The translations under genes were made by a program, and so were the position numbers. From Dendrobates tinctorius (Eukaryota), in contig NW_027361829.1 in NCBI RefSeq assembly GCF_039654945.1, forward strand, positions 71,114,001 through 71,178,000: a stretch of 64,000 nucleotides of DNA, given 5' to 3'. Of this stretch, positions 36,801 through 49,936 are shown one piece after another; position 1 is the first letter of the stretch, and each line of letters starts with the position of its first letter. The notes beneath the pieces are model-generated. The model did not search any database and was not told the origin of the DNA. It saw only the letters and a program-made list of their open reading frames with translations.

Positions 36801-37597
36801 AGTGTTAATAATGACACTCATCTGTGCTCCACTTTACGTACTATGTAATCACATAGCAGTGAGGAGAGCAGAGCTGTCTGTTATTTATCTCTCCCTGTGA
36901 AACCTACTCTTAACTACATTATCTTATGGGTGTGTTCTTCATTCTCCTGCATGTTGTTGCCTGCTTCTAATTGGTCAGTGTCATACATGGGGAAGAAGTA
37001 CCTTCCCCAGAGGCAAACTGCTTCTGTTCCGCCCGTAGACAGCTCATTTACATATCAAGAAAACATGAATTTCTCTTAAATAAAACATCAGATCACAGAT
37101 ATCAAGGTGTCATTTAGTGCAAATATCTATAACCTGCATGCCCATATAGACAGCTTAGGAGGGTTGACCCTTCTGACAGGTTACCTTTTAAATTAAAGGA
37201 CTTTTTTATATAAAGTAACTATGTAGTCATACAAGGACATGCTTATTGTTACTGCAAATATTTGTGCAAGCATAAAAGCATTGAAAAGACAAATACAGGG
37301 AGGAAAATGTTTGTTGAGCTGTATAAGCAGACACTTCTAGAACCGGCGACATCCGCATAAATAATTGATATTGTATATTGGAAGTCGACAAACGAGCGGC
37401 CTTATTTTAGAACCACTTTTACTCCATTAAGCTATGTACTTCCATTAATCTTTTTTTAATTTTTAAATTCATATTCTTATTTGCATGCTCACTTAAAATA
37501 TGCTCGCATCGTTAAAGTGAGCCATTTACTTTTCTGACAGCCATTAAAGTGGCAATTGATATTGATTTGCTACTTAAACGCCATTGCACATCATACG

Positions 37598-37952
37598 TAT
37601 CCTCCATCCCATAGTCCCATTCCCATATACCCATCACACATCCTCCATCCCATAGTCCAGTGCCCATATGCCCATCACACATCCTCCATCCCATAGTCCC
37701 GTGCCCATATACCCATCAAACATCCTCCATCCCATAGTCCAGTGCCCATATGCCCATCACACATCCTCCATCCCATAGTCCAGTGCCCATATACCCATCA
37801 TACATATCCACCATCCCATAGTCCCATGCCCATATACCCATCACACATCCTCCATCCCATAGTCCAGTGCCCATATACCATCACACATCCTCCATCTCAT
37901 AGTCCAGTGCCCATATACCCATCACACATCCTCCATCCCATAGTACCGTGCC
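37598..37952. repeat. ~41-bp tandem repeat (CCCATAGTCCAGTGCCCATATACCCATCACACATCCTCCAT)
   Basis: About 8-9 visible units. Confidence 0.92.
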
Positions 37953-38149
37953 CGTGTTGTGGAGCTGGAAAACTTGCTCATAGCAACCAATCACAGCTCA
38001 GCTTTCATCTTTTAAACAGCTCTGGTGAAATGAAAGATGCTTAGTGATTGGTTGCTATGGGCAACACAGGCTGTGTAATCTGTTGTTGTCAAGAAGATGC
38101 GCCTATGAAATGGATAATATTATTAAGATATTTATTACATATGTATATA

Positions 38150-39448
38150 CTAGCTGAGGAGCCCGGCGCTGCCTGGGCATAGTAACTAATTACGGTTAGT
38201 TATAACAAATTATAATGATTATTTCTATATATATAAAGCTGAGTGTAGAGCCTCTCCCATTCCGCATAGCCACATTCACTATAATATCCCACATCATCCC
38301 ATCAGCCAGAGCCACCGGACAACTACCACTAATATCCCACATCATCCCGTCAGCCAGAGCCACTGGACTACTACCCCTAATATCCCACATCATCCCATCA
38401 GCCAGAGCCACCGGACAACTACCACTAATATCCCACATCATCCCATCAGCCTGCAGTCAGAACCAGAGCGCTGAGTGGATTTGCCCTGACTTCCATACCA
38501 ATGATCCCTTTAATAGAAGCCTGGGGTGAGAATCGGAGTGCTGAGGGATTTACCCTAACTTCCATACTGGGGATCCCTTTAAGAGAGCCTGGGATCAGAA
38601 CCAGAGCGCTGAGTGGATTTGCCCTGACTTCCATACCAGTGATCCCTTTAATAGAACCCTGGAGTCAGAATCAGAGCGCCGAGGGATTTGCCCTAACTTC
38701 CATACAGGAGATCCCTTTAAGAGAGCCTGGGGTGAGAACCAGAGCATTTGAAGACAATTGCCCTGACTTCCATACCGGGGATCCCTTTAAGAGAGCCTGG
38801 GGTCAGAATTAAAGCGCTGGATGGATTTGCCCTGACTTCCATACCGGAGATCCCTTTAAGAAAGGCCTGGGGTCAGTTCCAAAGCGCAGAGTGGATTTGT
38901 CCTAAATTCCATACCAATGATCCCTTTAAGAGACCCTGGGGTCAGAAACACAGAGCTGAGTGGAAATGTCCTAACTTCCATACCAGGGATCCCTTTAAGA
39001 GACCCTGGGGTCAAAACCAAAGCGCTGGATGGATTTGCCCTAACTTCCTTACCGGGGATCCCTTTAAGAGAGATCTGGGGTCAAAACCAAAGGACTGGAT
39101 GGATTTGCCCTAACTTCCATACCGGAGATCCCTTTATGAAGGAAGATGTGCCTTCGGGATGGAGGATGTGTGATGGGTATATGGGCACAGGAGGGGGGAT
39201 TAATTCCTGTCATGTGCTCTCTGCTCCTTTCAGGGGGGCAGACAACGGCTGGGAGCTTATGTTCCTGAAGATACTATATTTTGCCCACCATGTCAGTGTC
39301 TGCTGAGGTGTTGTCAAGTGGGAAAACTGTTGGTCATAGCAACCAATCACAGCGCAGCTTCTTTTGAACAGCTCTGGTGAAATGAAAAATGCTTCGTGAT
39401 TGGTTGGTGACACACACACACACACACATTAATTTTTATATATAGAGA
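38150..39448 (-). mobile_element. Non-autonomous Helitron carrying 57-bp (38270-38450) and ~61-bp (38455-39140) tandem arrays
   Basis: Minus strand begins TC(TCTATATATAAAAA) and ends with hairpin CCCAGGCAGCGCCGGG + CTAG; inserted between A and T. Confidence 0.75.
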
Positions 39449-40210
39449 TTAGATATTTATTATACGGGGCTTTGTCTGTGGAGTGAGTGTGGCTATGTGG
39501 AGTGGGCGGGGCTTGATACACATACACTTGATACACTCATTTTCATATATATATATATATATATATAGATATATAGATTTCACGCTCAAACATTTTAAGA
39601 CCTACTCCTGTTATCGCTCATAGTAAAATTTTGTGATACAATTCTCCGCCAAATTTCTCCAAGGGCATAAATGACCTTTACGTTTAATTCTGCTAGAATC
39701 TCTGAAACATGACGAGGATACATTCACCAGCCATTTACCATGAATCTCTCCCCAAACTTGCAAATCTAGTGTAAAATTGCAGGTTAATAGCATTACAATG
39801 TTGTCCTACCAAGTTTACTAAAAGCACGTCTACCAGGAGAACTTCATCACTCCGGGAGCTGCCGGCTTTGAGTCCTACAGATGTGCCCCAAGAGGCGCCA
39901 GTCATCGCTCAGTACACATTGTGCGCCCGTGACTTTGACAGATGCGCTGCAGAGCTATCCGCATCATGCTCAGTATGTTGGCGAAATTCCACAGTTTTGA
40001 CCCATTCATTGCATAGCGGTGAAATCCATGTGAATCTACATGTAATACATTCTGAACTTGCTACAAAACTGCGGCAAGATCTGCAGCAGAAAAACTGCGC
40101 CATGCACGGTCTAGCCATTGATGATGCTTCTGTGGTTTGCATTAGTGAATCATATTTTTTTATCTATGCATTATCATCACTAATGTGCTTCCAATATTTG
40201 TGTTTTTCAG

Positions 40211-40262
40211 GTGAGTCTTGTCAGCAGATCAGACCGCGAACAGCTAAATATCACCTGGTCCT
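40211..40262 (+). CDS. Candidate 52-nt internal exon of an unidentified host gene (VSLVSRSDREQLNITWS or ESCQQIRPRTAKYHLV)
   Basis: Branch-like CACTAAT ~30 nt upstream, TGTTTTTCAG acceptor, GTAAGT donor, two open frames, non-repetitive context. Confidence 0.45.
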
Positions 40263-40683
40263 GTAAGTATTTGAAGTGTACAGAATATTTCTTAGTCTTG
40301 TTCCGGGAATACAATTATTAATAACGGTTTTGTTACTTTTGTTGTTTTTTTTTTATTATTTACAATGCAATGTTGTCTTTTCCATTTTTATCCAAAAGCC
40401 TAAAATGTCAGTATAAGGCTATGTGCACGTGTTGAGTATTTGCAGCAGATTTTTCTACAGGAAAAATCCTGTGTAAAATCCGCTCTTTTGATGTGTTTTT
40501 TGTTGCATTTTTATTTGTGTTTTTGGCATACATGATTGACAAAGGAAGGAAAAAAGGAAGCAGCGTATGAAGGCGATTTCAGAAATCTCAGCGTACAGCC
40601 GCAGCGTCCAGATATTACAGCATAGTGGATGGGATTTCAAGGAATCCCTTGTCCACTATCCGTTCTCTGACGCCCACAGCTTA

Positions 40684-41019
40684 GGCTGGGTTCACATTGC
40701 GTTAAAGGGGTGCGTTTAATGCATCCGTTACATAGCGGCATTAAAGCTATGTAACGGGTGCGTTAATGCACCCATAGACTGCTGTTGATGAGCGCATCGC
40801 TAATGCATGTCATAATCGGCATGCGTTAGCGATGTGCCGCCATTCTGTGACGGACCCTTGGACGCGGTCTGCAGCGTCCGGGGGTCCATCACTGCTAGCG
40901 CAGATGAAGCATCTGCACTAGCGGGATCGCATAACGCAATCGCGGAAGTGAGTAGCGTTAACGCAGTCTGCCAACGCTATGCGTTGAACGGACTGTATTA
41001 ACGCAATGTGAACCTAGCC
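40684..41019. mobile_element. Harbinger-type MITE nested in an older MITE (~40417-41217)
   Basis: GGCTGGGTTCACATTGCGTTAA / TTAACGCAATGTGAACCTAGCC TIRs. Confidence 0.82.
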
Positions 41020-44000
41020 TTTCCTGCGTAGACGGACATGTGGCTCGTCTTTCCAGACCACAGCATGTCTGTTTATCTTGTGGAGACAATCAGTCTCCGC
41101 AAGATAAATTTCACCGGTCCAATGTATTGGACGTGGTGATTCTGCACGGTTCAGTGATCACATGCGGAATCACCTGCGTACAAAGCGCTGCCGGTTACTG
41201 ACCGTGTGGCCGTAGCCTCATTTACTTTTTTGGAACTTTAAAACGATGTGTTTTTTTGAGGCAGAATAAAAACAGCAAAAATACTAATTGAGAACAAATA
41301 CTAATAATATCGAAACATTTACTTTTTCAGATACTCGAACTATAACTTAAAGATATTTGAAGGTGATTGTTGATGTTGTGCTGGGTTACAGTAATCTGCT
41401 TTAATTATGGGCAGGGACAGGCTTGTGAAATGTCATTCCGTAGGTGCCGAGATCCAGTTGTAAAACTGCTGCAGGCATCAAGGTGATGAAGCGCATCCTC
41501 CTGAGCCGCTCGTCATGGTGTCTACGCCACTTTTCTTTGATCTTCGGCTTGGCGCACCTTTAATAATCATTCTAGACTATTTTCTGAAGCTCTATGTGCC
41601 TGATCCATGAGCCTCCATGGCTGCCGGCGTGTTCGGCACCGTTCTGTCCCTCTCACTTTACACAAGGAGGCTCTATTTATAGATGCTCAGAGAAAGCTAT
41701 GGAAGGAGTCCCAATGAGCGGAGCCTCTCTGAGAAATCTGCTGAGCTACTCCCACACCCGTCTGACATTCAAGGTCACATGCAAGGGTGGTCTGGCCCAG
41801 CCTTCTCATTGGGAGCATTCTGCTCGGACAGCCGGGGCTAAAGGAGGCTTAACTCATGTAAGACTTTGCATTTGTCCGGGTGAGCTATAAGATCATGAAT
41901 GTTGCTTCTGCGAGTGCCGCTCATCTTTTTTTCTTTCTTTTATTTCTAATACACTTATGAGAGTGTCCGTGGAGCTTCTAGCTTTTTCATAGTTTGAAAA
42001 GTTACTTGCATGAGATACTTCATGAATATTTATTGTGCTTGGGTCTTCCTATTGATTAAAGCGCACTCTGTATGTGTCTGGGCTTTGCTGGTATGAAATG
42101 AGGTAGTTTAAGTAAGGTCACCCTGAAACCTTTCTAACATATTCTAATATAGAACTGCTAAGGACAGTCCGAAACGCTATTAGACCCGTGAAAAAAATAT
42201 TTTAAAAAAGAGAGAAATATTGGGTTATATTTTATTCTGACCTTCAGAGAATTACACAGGACGAGGAGTTTGGATGCACATTTGTTAATCATCACCTAGT
42301 GTTCAAGGACCTGCAGTCAGCTGAAGCTTGCTTGTCGTCGTTCTTTTGTAGAATTGTATCTGTTAGTGGACATGTATAGATGATTTGATTGGTTAAAAGG
42401 GTTTAAAGTAGGAGGGGGCTGTGAATTACGAAAACCCAGATCTATACTCCGGGTCGGAATGTTGCTGTCATCACCAATGCAGAACATTGATAATTTTTGG
42501 GTACTGAAGATTCCTTGGATTATTATTGGCTGCTGCTGTCACTTTATTATGTCATAATAAATGCAGAAAGTTGATAATTTTTGGGTACAGCAGCCACCTT
42601 GGATTATTATTGGATGCTGGAGCCTGGCTGTTGCTGCCATTTTATTATGTCATAACCAGTGCAGAAAGTTGATAATTTTTGGGTACTGCGGCCACCTTGG
42701 ATTATGGGATGCTGGAGCCAGGCTGCTGCTCTGCTTTCCCTATTTCTTTATACTGCTGCTCTGCCTTTGTATAAGCACAATCTCTGCAAACATTAGTACA
42801 ATAATAGGAACCTGTCACCTGGATCATTCTGTCCTAACAAGGTGTCAATCAGTGCTTGGTTTTACAATAATAATTTGCTGTGTTTAACCCTAGAATGCTG
42901 GTGTGTTTTGCAGGTAACATAGCTGTAGTACTGGATGTAGGCCCACTATAATTCGCAGCCCTCTCATTCTGTATTGGGCGTGGTGAGGGTGGCATGATCT
43001 TGGAGATTCAGAATCCCTTTTGTAATGGTATGAAATACAAATTAAAGTTATATTAATGGGGTTGTCCATTATTTTGTAAATAACTGCCTACTAGCTGGAC
43101 ATATGTATTGCATATTAAAATAATTATTACTTACCTGTTACTATCCACCACGTCTGCTGCAACCTCTTCACTGATGTCAGCAGTCATATGCCATCTATTG
43201 AAAGGTCACCACCGTGACCTGTCACATGAATAATGGTCATGGCGGTGACATGAAGTCATTGCTACAGGACCAAAGGAGCAGCAACTATATTAAAATATTC
43301 CATTAAAGTTGCAAATAAGTAGTGGTTATTTTCAGAGAAGAGTGGATTGCTTCTTGCAACCCTGACCCAGGTCTGTGCTCTCTGGCCATGGACAGGAGTT
43401 GCCCGAATTTCCTGACCTTCCGGGATCCTGGGCTCCGCTTATGATTTGCACTACTAGCGTGTCGTTATCTATTTGCAGCGCACCAGGACAGCAATTAAAC
43501 GCCACCCCGGGGAGCTCGGAATATCAGGAAATTCGCGCAGCTCCTAACCACAGCCAGAGATCACGGACTTGGACCGAGGTTGGGCGAAGCTATTTGCTCA
43601 TTTATAGTTAATTTATTGTATTAACACATGGCCAGCATTATTAAAAAGCATAAACGGGGAAAATAGCACATTACCTGCATTAGCAGCACTTTAAAAATGG
43701 TTCTGGTTTTATTAATGTTTGGATCAGAGTTTGGTCAATGATTTTCATGTATGGCTAAATAAAGAAATTACAGATCTCCTATCCTATGTTAAATATGGAC
43801 AGCACACAAATGGCGCACTAATGCAATCCATATTCCATATGTGTTTTTCATGGACCCATAGACTTGTATCGGTACTTCTGTGTTGCCGGTAATAACAGAC
43901 ATGTGAACTACCCCATAAACTAATGGGTACGTGTTATATCTGTGGAAAACATGGATGGATAGAATACGCAAGTGCAACACGGATGTCCGAATGAGGCCTT

Positions 44001-44961
44001 AAAGGGTTTGTCCACTGCTGGACATATTTGTAATTAATGCAGTTACCCATATAAAAGAGAAAAAGAAACATGTCCTCACTTTCTGCTCTGGTTTCCTTTC
44101 AGCAATGTGATGTGATTGCTGGAAGACCACACCGACATAAGGATATTAGTTTGTTTCTCCATTTTATGTGAGGCATCATAGCATTTGAGAAAGTGTTTTC
44201 AAGTAATGGACGACCCCTTAAATATTACAAGTCACAGACTGTGTCTGTGTGTGTGTTTGTGTGTTTTTCTGTGTCTGTGTGTCCCCGCTGTAGTACAGCG
44301 GGGTTGATGCAGTGTGATAGACAGGCAGTGACCACAGTAAAGTTCCAAAACAAAAGTCTCTTTAATGTTCTGTGTACTCACAAAATAGGAAAAAAAGGAT
44401 TTTCCCTTCACCCATGACAGCACCACATGAGAGAGGGATCCGCCCCGCCAGGACAGGAACCTACTGAAACATAAGGGGCGGCACCTCTCCCCCGCTTCAG
44501 TTGGGTTCCTGTCCTGGAAAGGAATCCCTCTGACAGCGGCGGCGCCTGTCAGGATGAAAGACCCAGGGCCGTCCCGGCGTTTAAATTGCAGGGCTTACTT
44601 ACCTGCGACGCCGGCCGTCGGCAGCTGGTAGCGCAGTCCCCGGGGTGTTGCCTGATCCGGGCCCCGGGTTCGTGCGGGCACGTCCTGATGTCCTCCCTTC
44701 GGAGGTTCCTCCACGTGCTGCCCTCCCCCTGTGCGCGCGCCCGTCCTTCGTCTGCTTGCAGGGGAAGCCGGGGGCGGAGATCGGCGTCCGACGTCAGCGG
44801 CGCAGAGGATTCTGGGAGCGCGACCGCTGACGTCATCGGGACGCGACGATCATGGCGCCGGGCGCGACGCCGGCCAGGAGAAGCGGCTGGCGGTCGCGGG
44901 GGGAGGGGTAATGAGGGGCACTCACTTTAAAGAAGGAGCAGAAGCGGCTGCAGGGGTGACA

Positions 44962-46452
44962 ATGGCGTCTCAGGAGGCTCGCTCACCGTCCCCATTGTCT
45001 CTGCCTCCTTCACAAGCTTCGGGTCGCAAGAGCCGCTCGAGCGGCAAAAGCAGCAGCCGTCCAAGTCACCGATCGAGGGATTCCTCGAGGTCAAAAGATC
45101 GCAGAACGCACGCTCCTTCGCAGCCCCAGAGCCCGGTATCGGTCTTTCCTGGGTGGTGAGTGATCTCCGTGAAAGTAGACAATGTTGTAATAGGGCTCCC
45201 TATGTCTTTTCCTTTTTTAGGGAGGCAAAAAAGCTACATGCAAAAAGAAAAATAAAGTATGTGCCATATGCCACAGCCCTTTAGCAAAGGACTACCAAAA
45301 GGACTTATGTGTCAGCTGTATCCAGCGGACTATGGCTGAAGAGGCACCGAGCCTGGCAACAAACCTCAGATCAATAATTAAGTCGGAGGTACAAGGCTCA
45401 CTTAAAAAATTATTAAAAAAGAAAAGTAAGAGTAGGAAAGCCTCCCTGAGTTCCTCGTCAGGCTCCTCCTCTTCGGAGTACCAAGTTGAGCGCGGGTCGT
45501 CTTCATCCTCAGACAGTGATACGGGGGCAGACCTTGCTTTCCCGTGGAAGATACGGACGCCCTCCTTAAAGCCATCAGGTCCACTATGGGCCTACAGGAG
45601 GAGAAAGTAGAGAGATCACTGGAGGATGTGATGTTTGGCGGCCTACAAGAAAGAAAAAAGCGTACCTTCCCGGTCAATGACAAAATTCAGGCCCTAATCG
45701 AGAGAGAGTGGAAGAAACCGGAGAAGTCAGGTAGCCTTCCCTCCTCTTCAAAGCGAAGATACCCCTTTGAGGCGAAGGACACGGACATCTGGGACAAAGT
45801 CCCAAAGATTGACGCCGCAGTGTCTAGGTCTTCCAAGAAGTCGGCCCTGCCCCTGGAGGATTCAGGGGTTTTGAGAGATCCCTTGGATAAAAAAGCGGAC
45901 TCATACCTAAGGCACACTTGGGAGGCAGCGGCAGGGGGTCTGAAACCAGCAATAGCCGGCACCTGCACAGCCCGGTCATTAATGGTCTGGTTGCAACAAC
46001 TGGAAGAAAAATTGGTCTCCAAAATGCCAAGGGAGAAAATTTTAGGTGAAATGTACCTACTACACGGAGCTGCCGCCTTCTTGGCGGACACCTCCGCCGA
46101 CTCGATGAGGTTAACAGCAAGAGCAGCGGGGCTGTCGAACGCCGCAAGACGGGCGTTATGGCTCAAAGGCTGCCCTGGGGACATTCAATCTAAGGCAAAA
46201 TTATGCTCATTACCATGTGATGGGCAGTTCTTGTTTGGAAAAGACCTGGATGACATCCTAGAAAAAGCCGGTGATAAAAAGAAGGGCTTCCCCAGGTTCA
46301 TGGGTGATCAAAGGAGACCGCCCTTTCGGAGGGGAAGGTTCAATCGAGGCCGCCCCCCGGGAGAACGGAAAAGGTGGGACGACAAGAGGAAGAAAGAACC
46401 AGGGTTTATGTTTGGGGGAAATACCTCAACCGCCAAAAAATCCCCGCAATGA
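44962..46452 (+). pseudogene. DIRS gag-like ORF1 (probable intron ~45136/45156-45220; frameshift near 45525)
   Basis: Ser/Arg-rich start, CAIC...CVSC zinc motif, WDKVPKIDAAV, ARRALWLK, LFGKDLD. Confidence 0.8.
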
Positions 46453-47500
46453 CACCAGCCCTCCTGTGGGGGGAAGATTGAGGCTCTTTTCCCAAGAATG
46501 GGAGAAAATATCGGCCAACAATTGGATCCTAAAAATTATAAAGAATGGCCTAAAAATACCCTTCTTCCAGTATCCAAGAGCTTCATTTGTGGTGACCCCC
46601 GTCAGGAAGGAACCAGGAGAGCAATCAGCCTTAGAAACAGAAATCTTAGGGCTATTGGAGAAACAAGTTCTGGTAGAGGTCCCGGAAGATCAAGAAAGAA
46701 AGGGGTTCTATTCTCCCCTCTTCCTAATAAAAAAACCCGACCTTTCCTTCAGAACGATAATAAATCTCAGGCGCCTCAATCAATGGATCAAGAACCAAAC
46801 ATTCAAAATGGAATCAGTGACTTCGGCCATAAAGCTGTTACACCACAACTGCTTCATGGCCGTAATCGATTTGAAGGATGCCTATTACCATATCCCGATG
46901 CACCAAGAGTACCAAAAATACCTGAGGGTAACCCTATACATCCAGGGCGACCTCAGGCATTTTCAATTCACAGCTCTTCCGTTTGGCATCTCCATAGCGC
47001 CAAGGATTTTTACAAAAGTAATAGCGGAAATGACAGCTTTCCTTCGAATCCACAATGTGATTATGGTGCCTTACTTGGACGATTTTCTGGTCATTGGCAA
47101 TTCAGAACATCACTGCGCACATCAGGTAGAGAAGATAACAGAGACCCTGCAAAGACTGGGTTGGATGGTAAACTTAAAAAAATCAAAACTTCAACCCCTA
47201 AGGAAACAAACGTTTCTAGGTTTCGTCTTGGACTCCGACCGTCAAGTTTGTCTCTTGCCAGAGAAAAAACTAGAGAAGGTGAGAGAAATGACCCTTACGG
47301 CAATACAGCATCCTCACATGACCCTAAGAAGGGCAATGTCCCTGTTGGGCACGCTAACAGCCTGTATCTCAGCGGTCAACTGGGCACAGTATCATACCCG
47401 ACAACTGCAGGCGGAAATCTTGTCAGCCCAGAGACGATTGAAAGGGCGTTTAGAAGGGAAGCTGGAACTTTCCGAAAGGGTGAAAGACTCTCTCACTTGG
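46271..47500 (+). pseudogene. DIRS reverse transcriptase (N-terminal part of pol)
   Basis: VGGRL, GFYSPLFLIKK, IDLKDAYYHIP, LPFGISIAPRIFTK, PYLDDFL. Confidence 0.95.
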
Positions 47501-47503
47501 TGA

Positions 47504-49936
47504 GATTTCAACTATCCAGACATTTGTTGGGAATCTCTCTCAGGCAAAACTAACAGGTCAAGGAAATTCTTATCCTCTCTTGCTGACAACTTTATCTTCC
47601 AAAAGGTAGGGGAGAAAACAAGGGGAACTGCTACCTTGGATCTAATCCTTATAAACAGGGAGGAAATGGTTGAGGAGGTAAAAGTGGCTGGAACCCTAGG
47701 AGGTAGCGACCATGCTATTTTAGAATTTTGGATAACTAGAGGTGGAAGACCTGTGAAGACTCAGACGTCAAGGTTAGATTTCAGAAAGGCAGATTTTAAG
47801 GGATTCAGAAAGATAATTGGAGGAATCCAATGGCTGGATATCCTTAAAGACAAAAATGTCCAGGAAGGATGGGAAATCTTGAAAAATGAAATTCTCAAAG
47901 CACAGTTGTTAACAATTCCGAAAAGAGGGAAGAATAGGAAGCATTTAAGGAAACCAGGATGGGTGAACACAGAACTTAAGCACATGCTAAAAAGGAAGAA
48001 AAAAATGTTTATAAAATGGAAAGAGGGAGGCATATCTAAAGAAGAATATAATGCTGTCTGCAGAATCTGCAGGGCACAAATCAGATTAGCTAAAGCTGAA
48101 AATGAATTGAGGCTTGCAAGAGATGTCAAAAGCAATAATAAAGGATTTTGGGGATATGTCAAAAGTAAAAGAAAAGTCAAAGATGCTATAGGATTTTTAC
48201 AGGATGAAAATGATGAAATGGTAAGACAGGATGTTGAGAAGGCTGAACTTTTAAATTCCTATTTTGCATCTGTTTTCTCTCAGAAAGGAAATGTAACACC
48301 AACTGTTATTCACTGTCCTATTAAGGGAATAGAAGAATCCAGGATATCTATAAACAGAAAGATAGTGAGGAAACACTTAGCTAACCTAAATGAATTCAAG
48401 TCTCCAGGTCCAGATGAATTACACCCCAGAGTACTGAAGGAGATAGCAGAAGAAATTTCTGAACCACTCTCCATAATCTTTGAAAATTCTTGGAGAACAG
48501 GAGAAGTGCCAGAAGACTGGAGAAGAGCAAATGTTGTTCCTATCTTCAAAAAGGGGAAGAAGGTGGACCCAGGCAACTATAGGCCGGTGAGTCTGACTTC
48601 TATACCAGGAAAGATCTTTGAACAAATTATTAAACAACATGTAAGTCAATACCTGGATAAGAATGAAGTGATCAAACAGAGTCAGCATGGGTTTGTAACT
48701 AATAAGTCATGTCAGACTAACTTAATTTCCTTCTATGACGGTATCACTGATTGGGAGGATCAAGGAAATGCTGTAGATATAGTATATCTTGACTTCAGCA
48801 AAGCATTTGACAAAGTCTCTCATACAATCCTTATTGAAAAAATGACTAAGTATGGAATGGACAAGGCAACTGTTAGGTGGATTCATAGCTGGCTTAGTGA
48901 TCGGACCCAAAGAGTGGTCGTAAATGGCTGCACATCCAGTTGGAAGAATGTCTCAAGTGGGGTACCACAGGGCTCTGTCCTGGGCCCTGTATTGTTCAAC
49001 ATCTTTATCAACAATTTAGATGAAGGAATTGAGGGTAAACTGATTAAATTTGCTGATGACACAAAGCTAGGAGGGATAGCTAATACTAGAGAAGAGAGAG
49101 AGAGGATTCAAAAAGATTTAAATAAACTGGAGAAGTGGGCAGTAACTAACAGAATGGTTTTTAACAGGGAGAAATGCAAAGTACTACATCTGGGCAATAA
49201 AAATGAAAAAAGCATATATAGAATGGGAGGAATAGGGCTAAGTGACAGCACATGTGAAAAAGACTTGGGTATACTAATAGATCACAGACTGAATATGAGT
49301 CAACAGTGTGATGCAGCAGCAAAAAAGGCAAATGCAGTTCTAGGATGTATTAACAGAAGCATACAGTCTAGATCACGTGAAGTCATTATTTCCCTCTACT
49401 CCTCTTTGGTCAGACCTCATCTGGAATATTGTGTCCAGTTTTGGGCACCACATTTTAAAAAAGACATCAACAAACTGGAGCAAGTTCAGAAAAGAGCGAC
49501 CAGAATGGTGACCGGTCTGCAAACCCTGTCTTATGAGGAAAGGTAGCAGGATTTGGGAATGTTTAGTTTGCAAAAGAGAAGACTGAGAGGAGACTTAATT
49601 GCTGTCTACAAATATCTAAAGGGCTGTCACATTGTAGAAGGCTCAACTTTATTCTCATTTGCACAAGGAAAGACTAGAAGCAATGGGATGAAACTGAATG
49701 GGAGGAGACACAGATTAGATATTAGAAAAAACTTTTTGACAGTTAGAGTGATCAATGAGTGGAACAGGCTGCCACGAGAAGTGGTGAGTTCTCCTTCAAT
49801 GGAAGTCTTCAAACAGAGGCTGGACAGACATCTGACTGGGATGATTTAGCGAATCCTGCTTTGAGCAGGGGGTTGGACCAGATGGCCCAGGAGGTCCCTT
49901 CCAACTCTACGATTCTATGATTCTATGATTCTATGA
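47504..49936 (+). mobile_element. 5'-truncated CR1 LINE; ORF2 (end of APE domain + RT) with one nonsense codon at 49544
   Basis: [42 protein letters not shown]; 3' tail (GATTCTAT)3 at 49911-49936. Confidence 0.96.

Noticed and set aside
38455-39140. ~61-bp repeats with a constant GATCCCTTTAAGAGA core resembling repeat-spacer structure
   Set aside because: The intervening parts are homologous to each other, so this is a degenerate tandem repeat within a Helitron
42140-42190. Hammerhead-like CTGCTAA-GGACAGTCC-GAAACGCTA
   Set aside because: Two core mismatches and no adjacent stem I; too degenerate to call
46498-47553. Independent 351-aa gene overlapping DIRS RT
   Set aside because: Best explained as the overlapping 5' extension of DIRS ORF3 (YR frame) cut by the CR1
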